This document shows positions 27,525 to 39,750 of a stretch of DNA of 64,000 nucleotides, one piece after another. This DNA is from an uncultured Candidatus Saccharibacteria bacterium (lineage in GTDB: Bacteria > Patescibacteriota > Saccharimonadia > Saccharimonadales > UBA4665): contig CAZBRP010000008.1 of NCBI GenBank assembly GCA_964494765.1, forward strand, positions 4,069-68,068, given 5' to 3'. The translations under genes were made by a program, and so were the position numbers. Position 1 is the stretch's first letter. The number at the start of each line of letters is the position of its first letter. The notes under the pieces are model-generated. The model searched no databases. It saw only the letters and a program-made list of their open reading frames with translations, and was not told where the DNA came from.

Positions 27525-28196
27525 CTAAAGTAGGCTGCCGCAGTTACCAGTAGTAGCGCCTTGCATATATGCGGGCGCCTGCGTGGTGGGGTGAGCCGAA
27601 TGATCAAGCTTCGCAAGGTAGTCATGGACGGGCTTTATAGATCGTGGTTCAAATTCATTGGCAATAATGCCAGCAAAACAGGCGGCTTGCGTCTGGAGCT
27701 TACCTAAACGCTTTTCGTCAAAGAGCATCTCTGGCTTCAAATCGCCTTTAGCATACTGAACGGCACTGCCCACTAGGTGGTCTAGGGCGTAGTCTGCACT
27801 TTTTTGGCCAACTCCTTCTGTTAACTCGATGTCTAGTGTAATGCCGGTGAATACAACGGTATTTTTAGTGGCGCAAAAGTTACTCATGCTATTGGCTTTG
27901 TAATGAGCGGTGCCTTTGTCTTTGCCCAAGGGGCAGTCAAACTTGGCTTGGTTGCCACTCAAAATAACGAGCTTGGTAGCGGCAATTTTGCCAACACTAT
28001 GCGATTTCCAGTAGGCAACGTCTCGCTCAAAGTTTGTGCGGATATGCTTTTGTTGGCTAGGGTATAGCTTGGTGCTGTATGTGCCGGTGGCACGAGGGTC
28101 GACAACTTGACCAGGCTGGTCACCCTGTTCGGCACAGCCAAATAGGAGGGGCAGGGCCGCTCCGGTGGCTAGAAGTTCACGGGTTCGTCGTTTCAT
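27525..28196 (-). CDS. Hypothetical lipoprotein
   Basis: Lipobox LPLLFGC after a basic N-terminus. No catalytic motif recognised. Confidence 0.6.
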   Translation of the reverse strand: MKRRTRELLATGAALPLLFGCAEQGDQPGQVVDPRATGTYSTKLYPSQQKHIRTNFERDVAYWKSHSVGKIAATKLVILSGNQAKFDCPLGKDKGTAHYKANSMSNFCATKNTVVFTGITLDIELTEGVGQKSADYALDHLVGSAVQYAKGDLKPEMLFDEKRLGKLQTQAACFAGIIANEFEPRSIKPVHDYLAKLDHSAHPTTQAPAYMQGATTGNCGSLL

Positions 28197-28265
28197 GCTG
28201 AAGACTATATCACATTATGTGCCATTTACCACTGTTGCCGTCTTTTGTGGTTGGTGGTAATGCGG

Positions 28266-28271
28266 TATACT
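28266..28271 (+). promoter_or_regulatory. -10 box TATACT 7 nt upstream of ATG 28279
   Basis: cggTATACTgaacgtaATG. Confidence 0.4.
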
Positions 28272-28278
28272 GAACGTA

Positions 28279-29115
28279 ATGTTCAAGCGTAAGCGTTTAT
28301 TTAAAGCACTCGTTGTAAGCGCACTTGTGGTTTGTGGCTTTATGACGATGCCCGCTAACGCCCAAGAAGTTACCCAAGGGTATCAGAGCGAAACAACTTT
28401 GCAACCGGGTATTATCGTGCGGCTTAAATCGGGCGATGCCACAATTGTTGAGCCGCTCAACCAAGATAGCGAAACAAACATGCTTGGAGTGGTGGTTGCC
28501 CCTAACGATGCTCCTGTGTCGCTGTCAGGCGACCAGGCAAAGGCGCAGACTTATGTTGCTACCTACGGCCAGTACGATGTACTGGTGAGCAACCAGAATG
28601 GCCCTATTAAGGCCGGTGAGAGCATTACGATATCGTCAATTGATGGCGTGGGTATGAAAGGTGACACAGGCCACGAAGTTGTGCTTGGTAAGGCCGTGGA
28701 AGCCTTTGACGGCAAGAGCGATGCCCAGAGCACATCTATTTTGACGACTTCTGGTGGTAAGCGAACGGTAACTATTGGCCGTATCCAGGTAAATATTAAT
28801 GTTGCCCACAATCCTGATTACAAACCGGTGGCGGTTTCGGCTGGCGTTCCTGGCTGGTTGGCCCAGGCGGCAGATGTGGTTACCGACAAACCAGTGGGCG
28901 CGGCACGTATATATGCTGGACTGGTTGTTCTTATTTTGTGCACATTTATCGCTGGTAGTATTTTGTACGCGGGTGTGCGAACAAGTATGATTGCAATCGG
29001 CCGCAACCCTCTGGCTAAAAAATCTATCGTTCGTAATTTGTTGCAAGTAATTTTAATATCACTGATTATTTTCACAATTGGCTTAATTGCGGTATATTTA
29101 TTATTGAAGATCTAA
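28279..29115 (+). CDS. Secreted-domain protein with a C-terminal two-TM hairpin resembling an ATP synthase c subunit but lacking the carboxylate
   Basis: Signal peptide ALVVSALVVCGFMTMPANA and an extracytoplasmic domain of about 180 aa. The C-terminus reads IYAGLVVLILCTFIAGSILYAGVRTSMIAIGRNPLAKKSIVRNLLQVILISLIIFTIGLIAVYLLL (compare the c-subunit loop (I/A)ARQPE). It sits directly upstream of the ATPase genes. Confidence 0.6.
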   Translation: MFKRKRLFKALVVSALVVCGFMTMPANAQEVTQGYQSETTLQPGIIVRLKSGDATIVEPLNQDSETNMLGVVVAPNDAPVSLSGDQAKAQTYVATYGQYDVLVSNQNGPIKAGESITISSIDGVGMKGDTGHEVVLGKAVEAFDGKSDAQSTSILTTSGGKRTVTIGRIQVNINVAHNPDYKPVAVSAGVPGWLAQAADVVTDKPVGAARIYAGLVVLILCTFIAGSILYAGVRTSMIAIGRNPLAKKSIVRNLLQVILISLIIFTIGLIAVYLLLKI

Positions 29116-29151
29116 AATGCTTGTGTTTTGAGGGATGGGTAGTTTTATAGC

Positions 29152-29781
29152 ATGACATTAGGGTGGCTGGTACTTATTCTTAGCTTCATATGGGTGGGCG
29201 GCGCTGCCTTTATCTATTTGATTATTATGCTTCACCGCGCTGGCGGTGGTGGCAAGCGTGCGTCTGCGCTGAGCGAGTCCGTCCAGCGCTCTGCCGAAGA
29301 AGACGTAGATCATATCTTTAATGAGGAATTCCGCGAAGAGCTTCGTAACAGGGGCCGCTTGCACTTTGAGAAGATTTTGGGCGAAAATGCTATGTTCTTG
29401 CAGCAGGACTTGCGCCTTACGACGTCGCAACTTAACGACTATATGAAACAGGAGATCAGCAAAGAACTTAAAGAGGCATTTGCTAATTACGAAAGTGCTA
29501 TTGGTGATGCTAAGCAGCTGGCTGTTGAATCTATCGAAAAGACTAAAACAGCTATCGACGAGCAGCGCCAAGCCATGAGCGCCCAGCTAGAAAAAGAAAT
29601 TGCCGCCGAAAAAGTACGGCGCATTGCCTTGTTCGAGAACAACATGGCTCAAGTGGTTAACCACTATGTACTGGCCGCTGTTGGCAACCAGATTGATCTT
29701 AACGACCAGCTCGAGTATATCTTGGGTGAGCTTGAGGTTAACAAGCTGGCCATAATTGAGGACATTACAAATGGAGCCTAA
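29152..29781 (+). CDS. ATP synthase b-like stalk subunit (one TM plus a long coiled-coil)
   Basis: N-terminal TM WLVLILSFIWVGGAAFIYLIIML followed by a charged helical region. It occupies the position of atpF before delta. Confidence 0.45.
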   Translation: MTLGWLVLILSFIWVGGAAFIYLIIMLHRAGGGGKRASALSESVQRSAEEDVDHIFNEEFREELRNRGRLHFEKILGENAMFLQQDLRLTTSQLNDYMKQEISKELKEAFANYESAIGDAKQLAVESIEKTKTAIDEQRQAMSAQLEKEIAAEKVRRIALFENNMAQVVNHYVLAAVGNQIDLNDQLEYILGELEVNKLAIIEDITNGA

Positions 29782-30349
29782 ACAGGCTGCGCCCGTGGCT
29801 GGTGCGGTTGCTGGCCAGTCCGCTGCTGGGGCAGTGCAGCCAGCCCCTGCCGCAAAGGAAGCGCCAAAAATGGTGCTGCCTACCTTAGTTTTTGGCGCAG
29901 TAGAAATACATCGTTTACAGCGTGAAATAGAGTCCTTAGAAGATTTTTTACAGCAGGCGGCCTTGAGGCAGACCGGCGAAAAAAATGCCGAAGCTTTGCC
30001 GCGTGTTAGCCGTTTGCTAGATGCCTTGGCCTCAGAAAATAGCTGTAATTTACTCAAGAAAGCAGAGCGCGAGCGTTTAGTGCAGTTTTTGCAAACCGTT
30101 AGCCAGTCTGCACCATCTATCCATATGAGTTTTGCTACTGATCCGTCGGCAGCCTTTATCGCCAAAATTGTTAGTTGGCTGCGCGCAAATATTCACCCTT
30201 TGGTGCTTTTGCAGATTGGCCTCCAGCCTTCAATTGCTGCCGGCACTGTTATTCGTACCACTAATCATGTGTTCGATCTTAGTTTGCGTAGTCACTTTGA
30301 CGCACAAAAGGCTCAGCTTATTGCGTCACTTGAAAGTGGTGCCAAATGA
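29756..30349 (+). CDS. atpH: ATP synthase delta (OSCP)-like subunit
   Basis: C-terminal pattern [32 protein letters not shown] resembles the delta C-terminus (..GG..v..gd.v.D.S.r..L). ATGA overlap with atpA. The start may be ATG 29771. Confidence 0.5.
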   Translation: MRTLQMEPKQAAPVAGAVAGQSAAGAVQPAPAAKEAPKMVLPTLVFGAVEIHRLQREIESLEDFLQQAALRQTGEKNAEALPRVSRLLDALASENSCNLLKKAERERLVQFLQTVSQSAPSIHMSFATDPSAAFIAKIVSWLRANIHPLVLLQIGLQPSIAAGTVIRTTNHVFDLSLRSHFDAQKAQLIASLESGAK

Positions 30350-31769
30350 GCGATAACCGCCATTTTGACCAACTTGTACAGGCTGGCAAGCCCGTTGGTG
30401 AGGTTATATCAGTTGAACGCTTTATTGTACGTATTAAAGGACTCCAGCCGGTTAACGTACACGCTTTAGTACTCTTTGAGGATGGCAGTAAGGGTTACGT
30501 GCATCACGTATTTGAAGATCACGTGGTAGTGTTGCATCTTGGCTTGGAGCATGCTCGAGTTGGTATGGTGGTAGTTGTGCAACACGACCAGCTAGTGACT
30601 AAAGTTGGTAAAGATTTTATTGGGCGAGTTATTTCGGTAACCGGTGATCCGCTTGACGGTAAGGGTCCGATTGCCGCTGACAGCGTGTGGCCAGTGTTTA
30701 ACCCGGCGCCCTTGTTATACGAACGTGAGTTGCTTGATAAGCAACTCGAAACGGGCATTACAGTAGCCGACACACTTTTCCCCTTAATGCGCGGCCAACG
30801 TATTGCTGTGCTTGGTGATGGCAAGTCTGGTAAAACTACGCTTGCTACCCAGTTGGCAATTAATCAAAAGAACACCGATATTGTGGTAGTGTATGTGCTT
30901 ATTGCTAAGCGTCGTAGCGATGTTGACATGCTACTTAATCGCCTACAGGCTAACGATTCCCTTAAAAATTCTATAGTAGTGGTTTCTACCATGTCAGATT
31001 CGCTCATTATGAGCTATTTGGCACCGTATGTGGCGTGTAGTATTGCCGAATATTTGTGGCAAAAAGCTGGGCAAGACACGTTAATCATCTATGACGACCT
31101 CACGGCGCATGCCCATACCTACCGTGAAATTGCCTTGTTGTCTGGCATGAGTCCGGGCCGTGATTCGTACCCGGGTGACATGTTTTATGTACACTCATCA
31201 CTTTTGGAACGGGCCGGCAAGCTGGCTCACAACCACAAAACCCTAACGAGTGTTCCTATTGTGTTCACGGCAAGCGGCGACATTACCGCGTACTTACCAA
31301 CCAACGTTATGTCTATTACAGATGGTCAGTGGATTTTGGATATGGACATCTTCCGCGATACCATGCGCCCTGCTGTAAGCGTTGGTTTGAGCGTGTCTCG
31401 TGTTGGTGGCCGTGGCCAAGGCAAGCGCCAAAAGGCCCTTGCCACGCAGATGTTTAAAGCGCTTACCACCTATGCCCAGGCTCAGGAATTTGCGCACTTT
31501 GGTTCGGAGCTAGCCCTAAGCGCCAAGCAGGACTTAGCCCGCGGTGAGCTTTTGTATAAGCTCCTCAACCAGGCCCCTGGCGAAAGTTATACATTTATGG
31601 CCCAAACACTGATGCTAGATATTGTGCTTAATATGCAAGAAGGTGAATCAATTAGTATTGAGGCGCTTAAGAAGTCGGTGGTTGAGGCTGCAACTAAGGT
31701 AACCGATGATGCCCAGTTTGAAAAAGTGCGTGATGACCTTAAAAAGATCAGCTTAGTGGAGGCCAAACG

Positions 31770-31773
<4 letters not shown>
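30346..31773 (+). CDS. atpA: F1 ATPase alpha subunit (divergent, short)
   Basis: [31 protein letters not shown] (P-loop GDGKSGKT versus the usual GDRQTGKT) and [41 protein letters not shown]. 475 aa. Confidence 0.88.
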
Positions 31774-34257
<2,484 letters not shown>

Positions 34258-34414
34258 GCTACGTAGTCTTAATACGCTAGATAGCACAAGGCCAATTTAC
34301 CATGCTCAAACAGCCGCCTCGCGGTGCCTTTGGCACCCGGGCGGAACTGCGCGTGGCAAATGACCTTGCCGTCATCTAGCGCGCCAAAGCTGCAGTGTAT
34401 GGCTAATGCGCGTA

Positions 34415-35443
34415 CTAGTTTAAGATAATATAGTCGAAGCCAAAGGTTTGTGAGCCAGGGGCCGGATTTATAGTGCAAACGCTAAAGCTGCTACTGGAGC
34501 GGTTCACGTAATAATCTACCGAAGCAGCACTGGCACCAATCGGTGTAACAACTACGTGGGGTGTGCCGTTAAAAGCGCGCGTGAAGTTAATGGTTGCAAA
34601 ACAGCCGGCACCCGGAGAGCTACCGGTGTTGACAGTAATTGACCCGGTAGTGTCTGAACCGCTGACTGAGGCCGTACCGCCGCCGCCCAAGGCAATGCCT
34701 TGGCTAATACCGGGTATAGGCCCACCGGCTGTAATGTGCCTAGTAAGTACGAGGTCGCCGTTAAGCTGTAAAGCTCCGGTAGTAATTTGGGTGGCCGAAA
34801 CGTTACCGCTAAAGTTGCTATTGCCCGAGACGTTAATGCCACTACGGGCTGTAAGTGCTCCTTGTACGGTTGCGGCCCCGGTAATTCCTAGGGTGCTTGC
34901 CTGGATCTGATTAAAGTTACTAGTGCCAGATACGGTAATGCCAGGTAAGGCAAGAGCGCCGTTAACACGAATCGTGCCGGCTACTTCTAGGTCGTTACGC
35001 ACTAAAACAGTGCCCGAAAAGATGGCATTAGACTCAATATTAAGCGTTTGCTTGGCGCTGCCAATGGTAGAGTCGGTGCTGGCCAGCTGCTTAAGTTCGC
35101 TTTCGGATAGGCCTTGTGTTGTAACAGTGTTGCTGGTGGTTTTTTGCTTGTCTTTAACGGTAAAGAACACTACCACAGCAATGGCAACTAGTACGATCAA
35201 TACAAAGAGTAGTAGGTATATGTTAAAGCGGTGCCAGATGCGTTTAAAAATAGGCGGCTTAGGTGACGGTGTATCGGGAGTGACATTAGTGTCTTCAAGT
35301 GTACTCAAAGAAGAGTCACCGCTGGTGGGCGTAGAAGCGGTTACGTACGGACTGGCTGCGGGCGCAGCGTGAACTGCCGGCTCTTCACGCTCCAGCGAAG
35401 TACTATCGTTATCGGTGTCGGATTGTAGTTGTGATGGGTCCAT
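34415..35443 (-). CDS. Membrane-anchored surface protein with beta-helix-like G/T/S/N-rich repeats
   Basis: Acidic/Ser-rich N-terminus, TM IYLLLFVLIVLVAIAVVVFF, then repeated (V/I)xG(N/T/A)xx(V/I/F)xG units and a C-terminal globular domain. Confidence 0.65.
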   Translation of the reverse strand: MDPSQLQSDTDNDSTSLEREEPAVHAAPAASPYVTASTPTSGDSSLSTLEDTNVTPDTPSPKPPIFKRIWHRFNIYLLLFVLIVLVAIAVVVFFTVKDKQKTTSNTVTTQGLSESELKQLASTDSTIGSAKQTLNIESNAIFSGTVLVRNDLEVAGTIRVNGALALPGITVSGTSNFNQIQASTLGITGAATVQGALTARSGINVSGNSNFSGNVSATQITTGALQLNGDLVLTRHITAGGPIPGISQGIALGGGGTASVSGSDTTGSITVNTGSSPGAGCFATINFTRAFNGTPHVVVTPIGASAASVDYYVNRSSSSFSVCTINPAPGSQTFGFDYIILN

Positions 35444-35539
35444 TGCTCTTGTATTACTGCTTATAGTAATAATACTAAACTCTGGCTAAAAAGCGTAAAC
35501 GGATTGTGTTTATGTTCGCATTGGGGCACAATAAAAAGC

Positions 35540-36283
35540 ATGCAACGCAGGCTTGCGAGGGTAACAATGGCCATACTTACTGCGGCAGTATTAGTGTACT
35601 GTCCTTTTGCGGCCGCTCAACAATCTTCGTCGAGCCATTACAGTGTCGATGAGGTCTTTTTTGGATCTGGCGGTGAGCTTAACGCCTGTTCTACTAACTA
35701 TTGTTCTAAGCAATCGGCCGGCGAAATGGGTTCCGGGCGCTCGGCCTCTACAAACTATACAGCGCAAACCGGATTCAATACTGACCGTGCGCCTTTTATC
35801 GCATTTAATGTTACTGGCGGTAGTACCGACTTGGGCGTACTTTCTACAGGTTCAACCGCCACCGCCACGGCTACTTTTTCGGTAAAAACATATTTGGCGG
35901 GTGGCTATGTGGTGCAGACCGCATCTGATCCCCCTACAAATACTTTGCCAAATAGCCCCATGCTCCACAATCTAACTTCGGCCACGGCATCATCGGCGGG
36001 AACAGAGCAGTTTGGTATGAACCTTGTGGCTAATACTAGTCCGACTACTTTTGGCGCTAATCCAATCCAGGTACCCGATAGTAGCTTTAGCTTTGGTAAC
36101 GCAGCTGCCGGCTACAATACGGCCAATCTATTTAAGTACGTTAAAAATGATACGGTGGCTTCTTCTACTAAGAGTAGTGGTGAGACTGACTACACTATTT
36201 CGTACATTTTTAACATCTCAAATGTTACGGCTGCTGGTGAGTACCAATTCCATCATGTCCTCGTAGCTACGTCTACTTTCTAG
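35540..36283 (+). CDS. Secreted surface-locus protein A (paralog family, C-terminal ...ATSTF)
   Basis: Signal peptide MQRRLARVTMAILTAAVLVYCPFAAA. Shared blocks GTEQFGMNL and TAAGEYQFHHVLVATSTF*. The ORF track starts at TTG 35504. Confidence 0.7.
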   Translation: MQRRLARVTMAILTAAVLVYCPFAAAQQSSSSHYSVDEVFFGSGGELNACSTNYCSKQSAGEMGSGRSASTNYTAQTGFNTDRAPFIAFNVTGGSTDLGVLSTGSTATATATFSVKTYLAGGYVVQTASDPPTNTLPNSPMLHNLTSATASSAGTEQFGMNLVANTSPTTFGANPIQVPDSSFSFGNAAAGYNTANLFKYVKNDTVASSTKSSGETDYTISYIFNISNVTAAGEYQFHHVLVATSTF

Positions 36284-36415
36284 GCGTCAAGGTCTCCACA
36301 AATAATTAAAAAGCTGTGGATAATTTACTTTTGCTCGTTGTTTTGTTTGCATAAGCATGATAACGTTAAGTCATAAATTAAAACATCAAAAATGAAAATA
36401 AGGGAGAGATCCGTT

Positions 36416-37519
36416 ATGTCGATCAAAAAAAGAGGATTGCGTCTTGCAGCGTACAGCGCACTCGCGCTTGTACTTTCCGTTGCTGCTGTACTTCCAAGCC
36501 TTAACCAGCACGCTTATGCTGCTCAGCTTACGAGCCGTAGTATTGAAATGAGCAGCTCAACCGCTGGTGCAACGGGGACCACTTACCTTATTAGTTTTAC
36601 AACCGCTACGGCCGGCGTGCTTAAGGGCATTGTTATTGATTTTTGTGATAACACCCCAATCATCGGTGATAGCACGTGTACTGCACCTACGGGTTTTAGT
36701 GTTGGTACGCCAACTGCTAGCACATCTGGTTTGCCAGGTTCCTGGACGGCTGCATCAGCTAACACTAACCGTACGCTAACACTTGTTAACGCAAGCAACA
36801 GCACGTCAGTTGGTGCAAGCACGGCTATTACTATTACATTAACAACCGCTACTAATCCAAACACCGATAACCACAGCTTCTATGCACGTGCCTTAACATA
36901 CCTTAACTCAAGTGGTGCTAACAGCCCTGCAACATATGCGCCAGGTACAGAAGGCACCTATGTTGATGCCGGTGGTATGGCAATGAGCACTGGTAAGGTG
37001 ATTAACATTACTGCTCGCGTTATGGAAAGCTTGGCATTCTGTGTATACAACGCATCTTGTGGTGATGACCCAAGTGTAACTATCGGTCACGGCGCCAACA
37101 ATATTTTGGACGCCACTGCCGTTGACACTAAAACAGCAAACTTCAGCATTTCTACTAACGCCCAGTCCGGCGCAACCATACGCTTAAAGGGTACAACACT
37201 TATAAGCGGACCCAATGATATTGATGCCGCTGGCGCGTCGGCTATTACCTTCGCGGCTGGCACCGAAAAGTTTGGTGTACGTGTCTCAAGTGCTGGTACT
37301 AACATTACAGCAACATCGCCATACGACGGCGGTTCGGGCTCACAATACGCCTTTAACACAACTAATACCACCAGTACTTATGGCGACAACATCGCCACTC
37401 TCAGCGGCCCCGTAAACAGCTCAGTAACAACCCTAACTTTTGCGGCAACTGCTGCTAACACAACTGCGGCCGGAATCTATACTGCCGCTCAGCAGTTAAT
37501 CGCAACTGGTCAATTCTAA
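36416..37519 (+). CDS. Secreted surface-locus protein B (paralog family, C-terminal ...ATGQF)
   Basis: SD GGGAGAG 7 nt upstream of ATG 36416. Signal peptide ending AYAAQLTSRS. Blocks GTEKFGVRV and TAAGIYTAAQQLIATGQF*. Confidence 0.75.
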   Translation: MSIKKRGLRLAAYSALALVLSVAAVLPSLNQHAYAAQLTSRSIEMSSSTAGATGTTYLISFTTATAGVLKGIVIDFCDNTPIIGDSTCTAPTGFSVGTPTASTSGLPGSWTAASANTNRTLTLVNASNSTSVGASTAITITLTTATNPNTDNHSFYARALTYLNSSGANSPATYAPGTEGTYVDAGGMAMSTGKVINITARVMESLAFCVYNASCGDDPSVTIGHGANNILDATAVDTKTANFSISTNAQSGATIRLKGTTLISGPNDIDAAGASAITFAAGTEKFGVRVSSAGTNITATSPYDGGSGSQYAFNTTNTTSTYGDNIATLSGPVNSSVTTLTFAATAANTTAAGIYTAAQQLIATGQF

Positions 37520-37523
37520 AGTA

Positions 37524-38597
37524 GTGCTTTGGCGCAGAAAGGCAGCTGTCCCGGTGCGCTTGCATAAAAAGCTTACCGTTACTATACTCGCGATCTCCCT
37601 ATTAATAGGGGGGTCGCTGTATGCTTCTTTTGCGCAAGCCGCACAAATTACCTCGCGGTCGTTACAGCTTGGCTCTAACATTGCCGGAGAACACAATGTT
37701 AACTACAAAGTTGGCTTTTCTATCGCAACTGCTGGTTCCATCCAGTCAATTGCTATTGAGTTTTGTGGTAACTCAGCACTTATCGAGGATCCTTGCGTGG
37801 CTCCATATGGCTTTGACGCCCTCAATGCGAATTTAGTCAATTCCACGGGCATATCAGGCTTTATCATATCGCCCAGCTCTACAGTTAATAAGATTGTGCT
37901 AACCCACGCTCCCTCGGGTCCGGTAAGCGCTGGGCCAGTGGGCTTTGAATTTGGCAACATTGTAAACCCAACAGACCCAGAGTCGTACTACACCAAGATA
38001 TCTACCTATACCAGCACCGATGCTACGGGTTCGCCTGTTGACTTTGGTGCGTTGGCTTTTTCAATTAACAGGAGTTTTGACGTAAGTGTTGAGGTGCCGC
38101 CTTATTTGTTATTCTGCCAAGGGGTGTCTATCGATGGCTATGACTGCTCCACAGCTCAGGGGGACTTGCTTAACCTGGGCCAGCTCAGCGATGAACTGCC
38201 CAGCGCTGCCCAATCGCAAATTTTGGCTGCAACTAATGCATCCGGTGGCTATAACGTTTCTATGAATGGCGGTACGATGACTTCCGGTAATAACATTTTG
38301 CCTGCTATGGCTGGAACGGCGTCGGCAGTCGGCACTAGCCAATTTGGTGTAAACTTACGCTCTAATGCTAACCCCGACATTGGTATTGACCCTGATGGTC
38401 CCGGTACGGGAACGGCAACCGCAGGTTATAATCTTCCCAATCGTTTTAGGTTTAATAATGGCGACGTAATCGCTGTTGCCTCCGGTGTACAAGATTACAA
38501 AAAGTATACTATTAGTTATTTAGTCAATGTTGCCAAAGATCAAGCTCCAGGGGTGTACTCGACTACGCTCACGTATATTTGCTTGGCAAATTTCTAA
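37524..38597 (+). CDS. Secreted surface-locus protein C (paralog family, C-terminal ...CLANF)
   Basis: Signal peptide ending FAQAAQITSRS (parallel to protein B). Blocks GTSQFGVNL and APGVYSTTLTYICLANF*. The start is uncertain (GTG 37524, GTG 37554 or TTG 37560). Confidence 0.72.
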   Translation: MLWRRKAAVPVRLHKKLTVTILAISLLIGGSLYASFAQAAQITSRSLQLGSNIAGEHNVNYKVGFSIATAGSIQSIAIEFCGNSALIEDPCVAPYGFDALNANLVNSTGISGFIISPSSTVNKIVLTHAPSGPVSAGPVGFEFGNIVNPTDPESYYTKISTYTSTDATGSPVDFGALAFSINRSFDVSVEVPPYLLFCQGVSIDGYDCSTAQGDLLNLGQLSDELPSAAQSQILAATNASGGYNVSMNGGTMTSGNNILPAMAGTASAVGTSQFGVNLRSNANPDIGIDPDGPGTGTATAGYNLPNRFRFNNGDVIAVASGVQDYKKYTISYLVNVAKDQAPGVYSTTLTYICLANF

Positions 38598-38642
38598 TGC
38601 TTTGTGCTAGTATAAGCTAAAGAAGTTTAAAAAGGGGAAGTA

Positions 38643-39656
38643 ATGTTACGACGAAAGATCGCTTCGTTGGGATTCGTGCTTGGTGCATCTGCTATATTGT
38701 TTAGCGCCAGTACGGCCTTCGCTGCCACACAAACTGCCGCAACGGCAACATCACAGAGTACCGGTAATGCACTTAAGGTGTCGCCAGTACGAACAGACGT
38801 AGAAATTAAGGCAGGCACTAGTCAGACTGTTGAAATCTATGTTCAAAATATGACTGATGACGCCACAAAGCTGCGCGGAATCATTAACGACTTCGTAGCT
38901 GGTAAGGGTGAGAATGGTACACCAAACATTATTCTCGATGCAGATCAGGCGGCCCCCAGCCATAGCTTAAAGCAATATGTTGAGCCGGTTGGTGATTTTA
39001 CTTTGGCTGCCAACGAACAAAAGACCATTAAAGTTAAAATTACTATTCCAGCTTCAGCTTCGGCTGGTGGTTATTATGGGGCTGTACGTTTTGCTCCTGC
39101 CTCTTCAACCAGTGACCAAAACGTGACTTTATCGGCGAGCGTCGGTTCGTTGTTGCTCGTAAAGGTGCCTGGTGATATCAAAGAAGACCTAAGTATCGCA
39201 AGCTTTGATGTGCGCAAAGACGACCACCCCGGCAGCTTCTTTACCTCGGGTAAAGACCTAAAGTCTATTGTTCGCTTCCAAAACAAGGGTGATGTGCAAG
39301 AAGCACCTTTTGGTAAGGTATTGCTTAAAAAAGGCAATAAAACTCTGGCAAGCTACGAGATCAACAATGAGCAGCCACGTGGTAACGTTTTGCCTGACAG
39401 CGTGCGCCGTTTTAGTGTTGACCTTGATAAAGTAGACTCTTTTGGTAAGTATAAGCTTGAGGGCAACTTTGGCTATGGTGCCAAAGGCCAGCTACTTGCT
39501 GCGAGCCAAACATTTTACGTTGTACCTATCCCTATTATCGTTATCACGGTAGCGGTAATCCTGCTTATCTTAGCTGCCATCTTCGTGATCCCACGAATGG
39601 TAAAGGGCTACAATAAGCGTATTGTACAAAAAGCAACCGGCAGCAAGCGCAAGTAA
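38643..39656 (+). CDS. Two-Ig-domain cell-surface protein with a C-terminal TM anchor (DUF916/DUF3324-like, as in Gram-positive WxL loci)
   Basis: Signal peptide, then VSPVRTDVEIKAGTSQTVEIYVQNMTDD...ITIPASASAGGYYGAVRF. A second beta-rich domain follows, then C-terminal TM IPIIVITVAVILLILAAIFVI and a basic tail. SD-like GGGGAAG upstream. Confidence 0.6.
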   Translation: MLRRKIASLGFVLGASAILFSASTAFAATQTAATATSQSTGNALKVSPVRTDVEIKAGTSQTVEIYVQNMTDDATKLRGIINDFVAGKGENGTPNIILDADQAAPSHSLKQYVEPVGDFTLAANEQKTIKVKITIPASASAGGYYGAVRFAPASSTSDQNVTLSASVGSLLLVKVPGDIKEDLSIASFDVRKDDHPGSFFTSGKDLKSIVRFQNKGDVQEAPFGKVLLKKGNKTLASYEINNEQPRGNVLPDSVRRFSVDLDKVDSFGKYKLEGNFGYGAKGQLLAASQTFYVVPIPIIVITVAVILLILAAIFVIPRMVKGYNKRIVQKATGSKRK

Positions 39657-39675
39657 AACTGCGAATGCTTACAAC

Positions 39676-39708
39676 AAAGGCTGTTCCTGGCTCTGGAGCA
39701 GCCTTTTT
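39676..39708 (+). terminator. Rho-independent terminator after 38643..39656
   Basis: 12-bp stem (one G-U) aaaggctgttcc/ggagcagccttt with a 7-nt loop and a T-run. Confidence 0.5.
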
Positions 39709-39750
39709 ATATTGCTTAAGGCTATATTGACAGGTAAAGTAGTGGTAGAC

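Noticed and set aside
27329-27625. 98-aa minus-strand ORF bridging the cysteine desulfurase 3' end and the lipoprotein gene
   Set aside because: It overlaps two well-supported genes in other frames or strands and is a composition artefact.
28279-29115. Annotation as ATP synthase subunit a (atpB)
   Set aside because: It has only two C-terminal TM helices plus a signal peptide, no five- or six-helix bundle, and no conserved Arg-containing helix typical of subunit a.
29587-30165. 192-aa minus-strand ORF across the b-like/delta-like genes
   Set aside because: It is antisense to a tightly coupled ATPase operon, and its Ala/Cys/Lys-rich composition is implausible for a real protein.
34269-34478. 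69-aa minus-strand ORF between atpC and the beta-helix protein
   Set aside because: It overlaps the 3' end of 34415..35443 in another frame and its composition is not protein-like. The 6-bp palindrome ggtgcc-ttt-ggcacc inside it lacks a T-run, so it was not called a terminator either.
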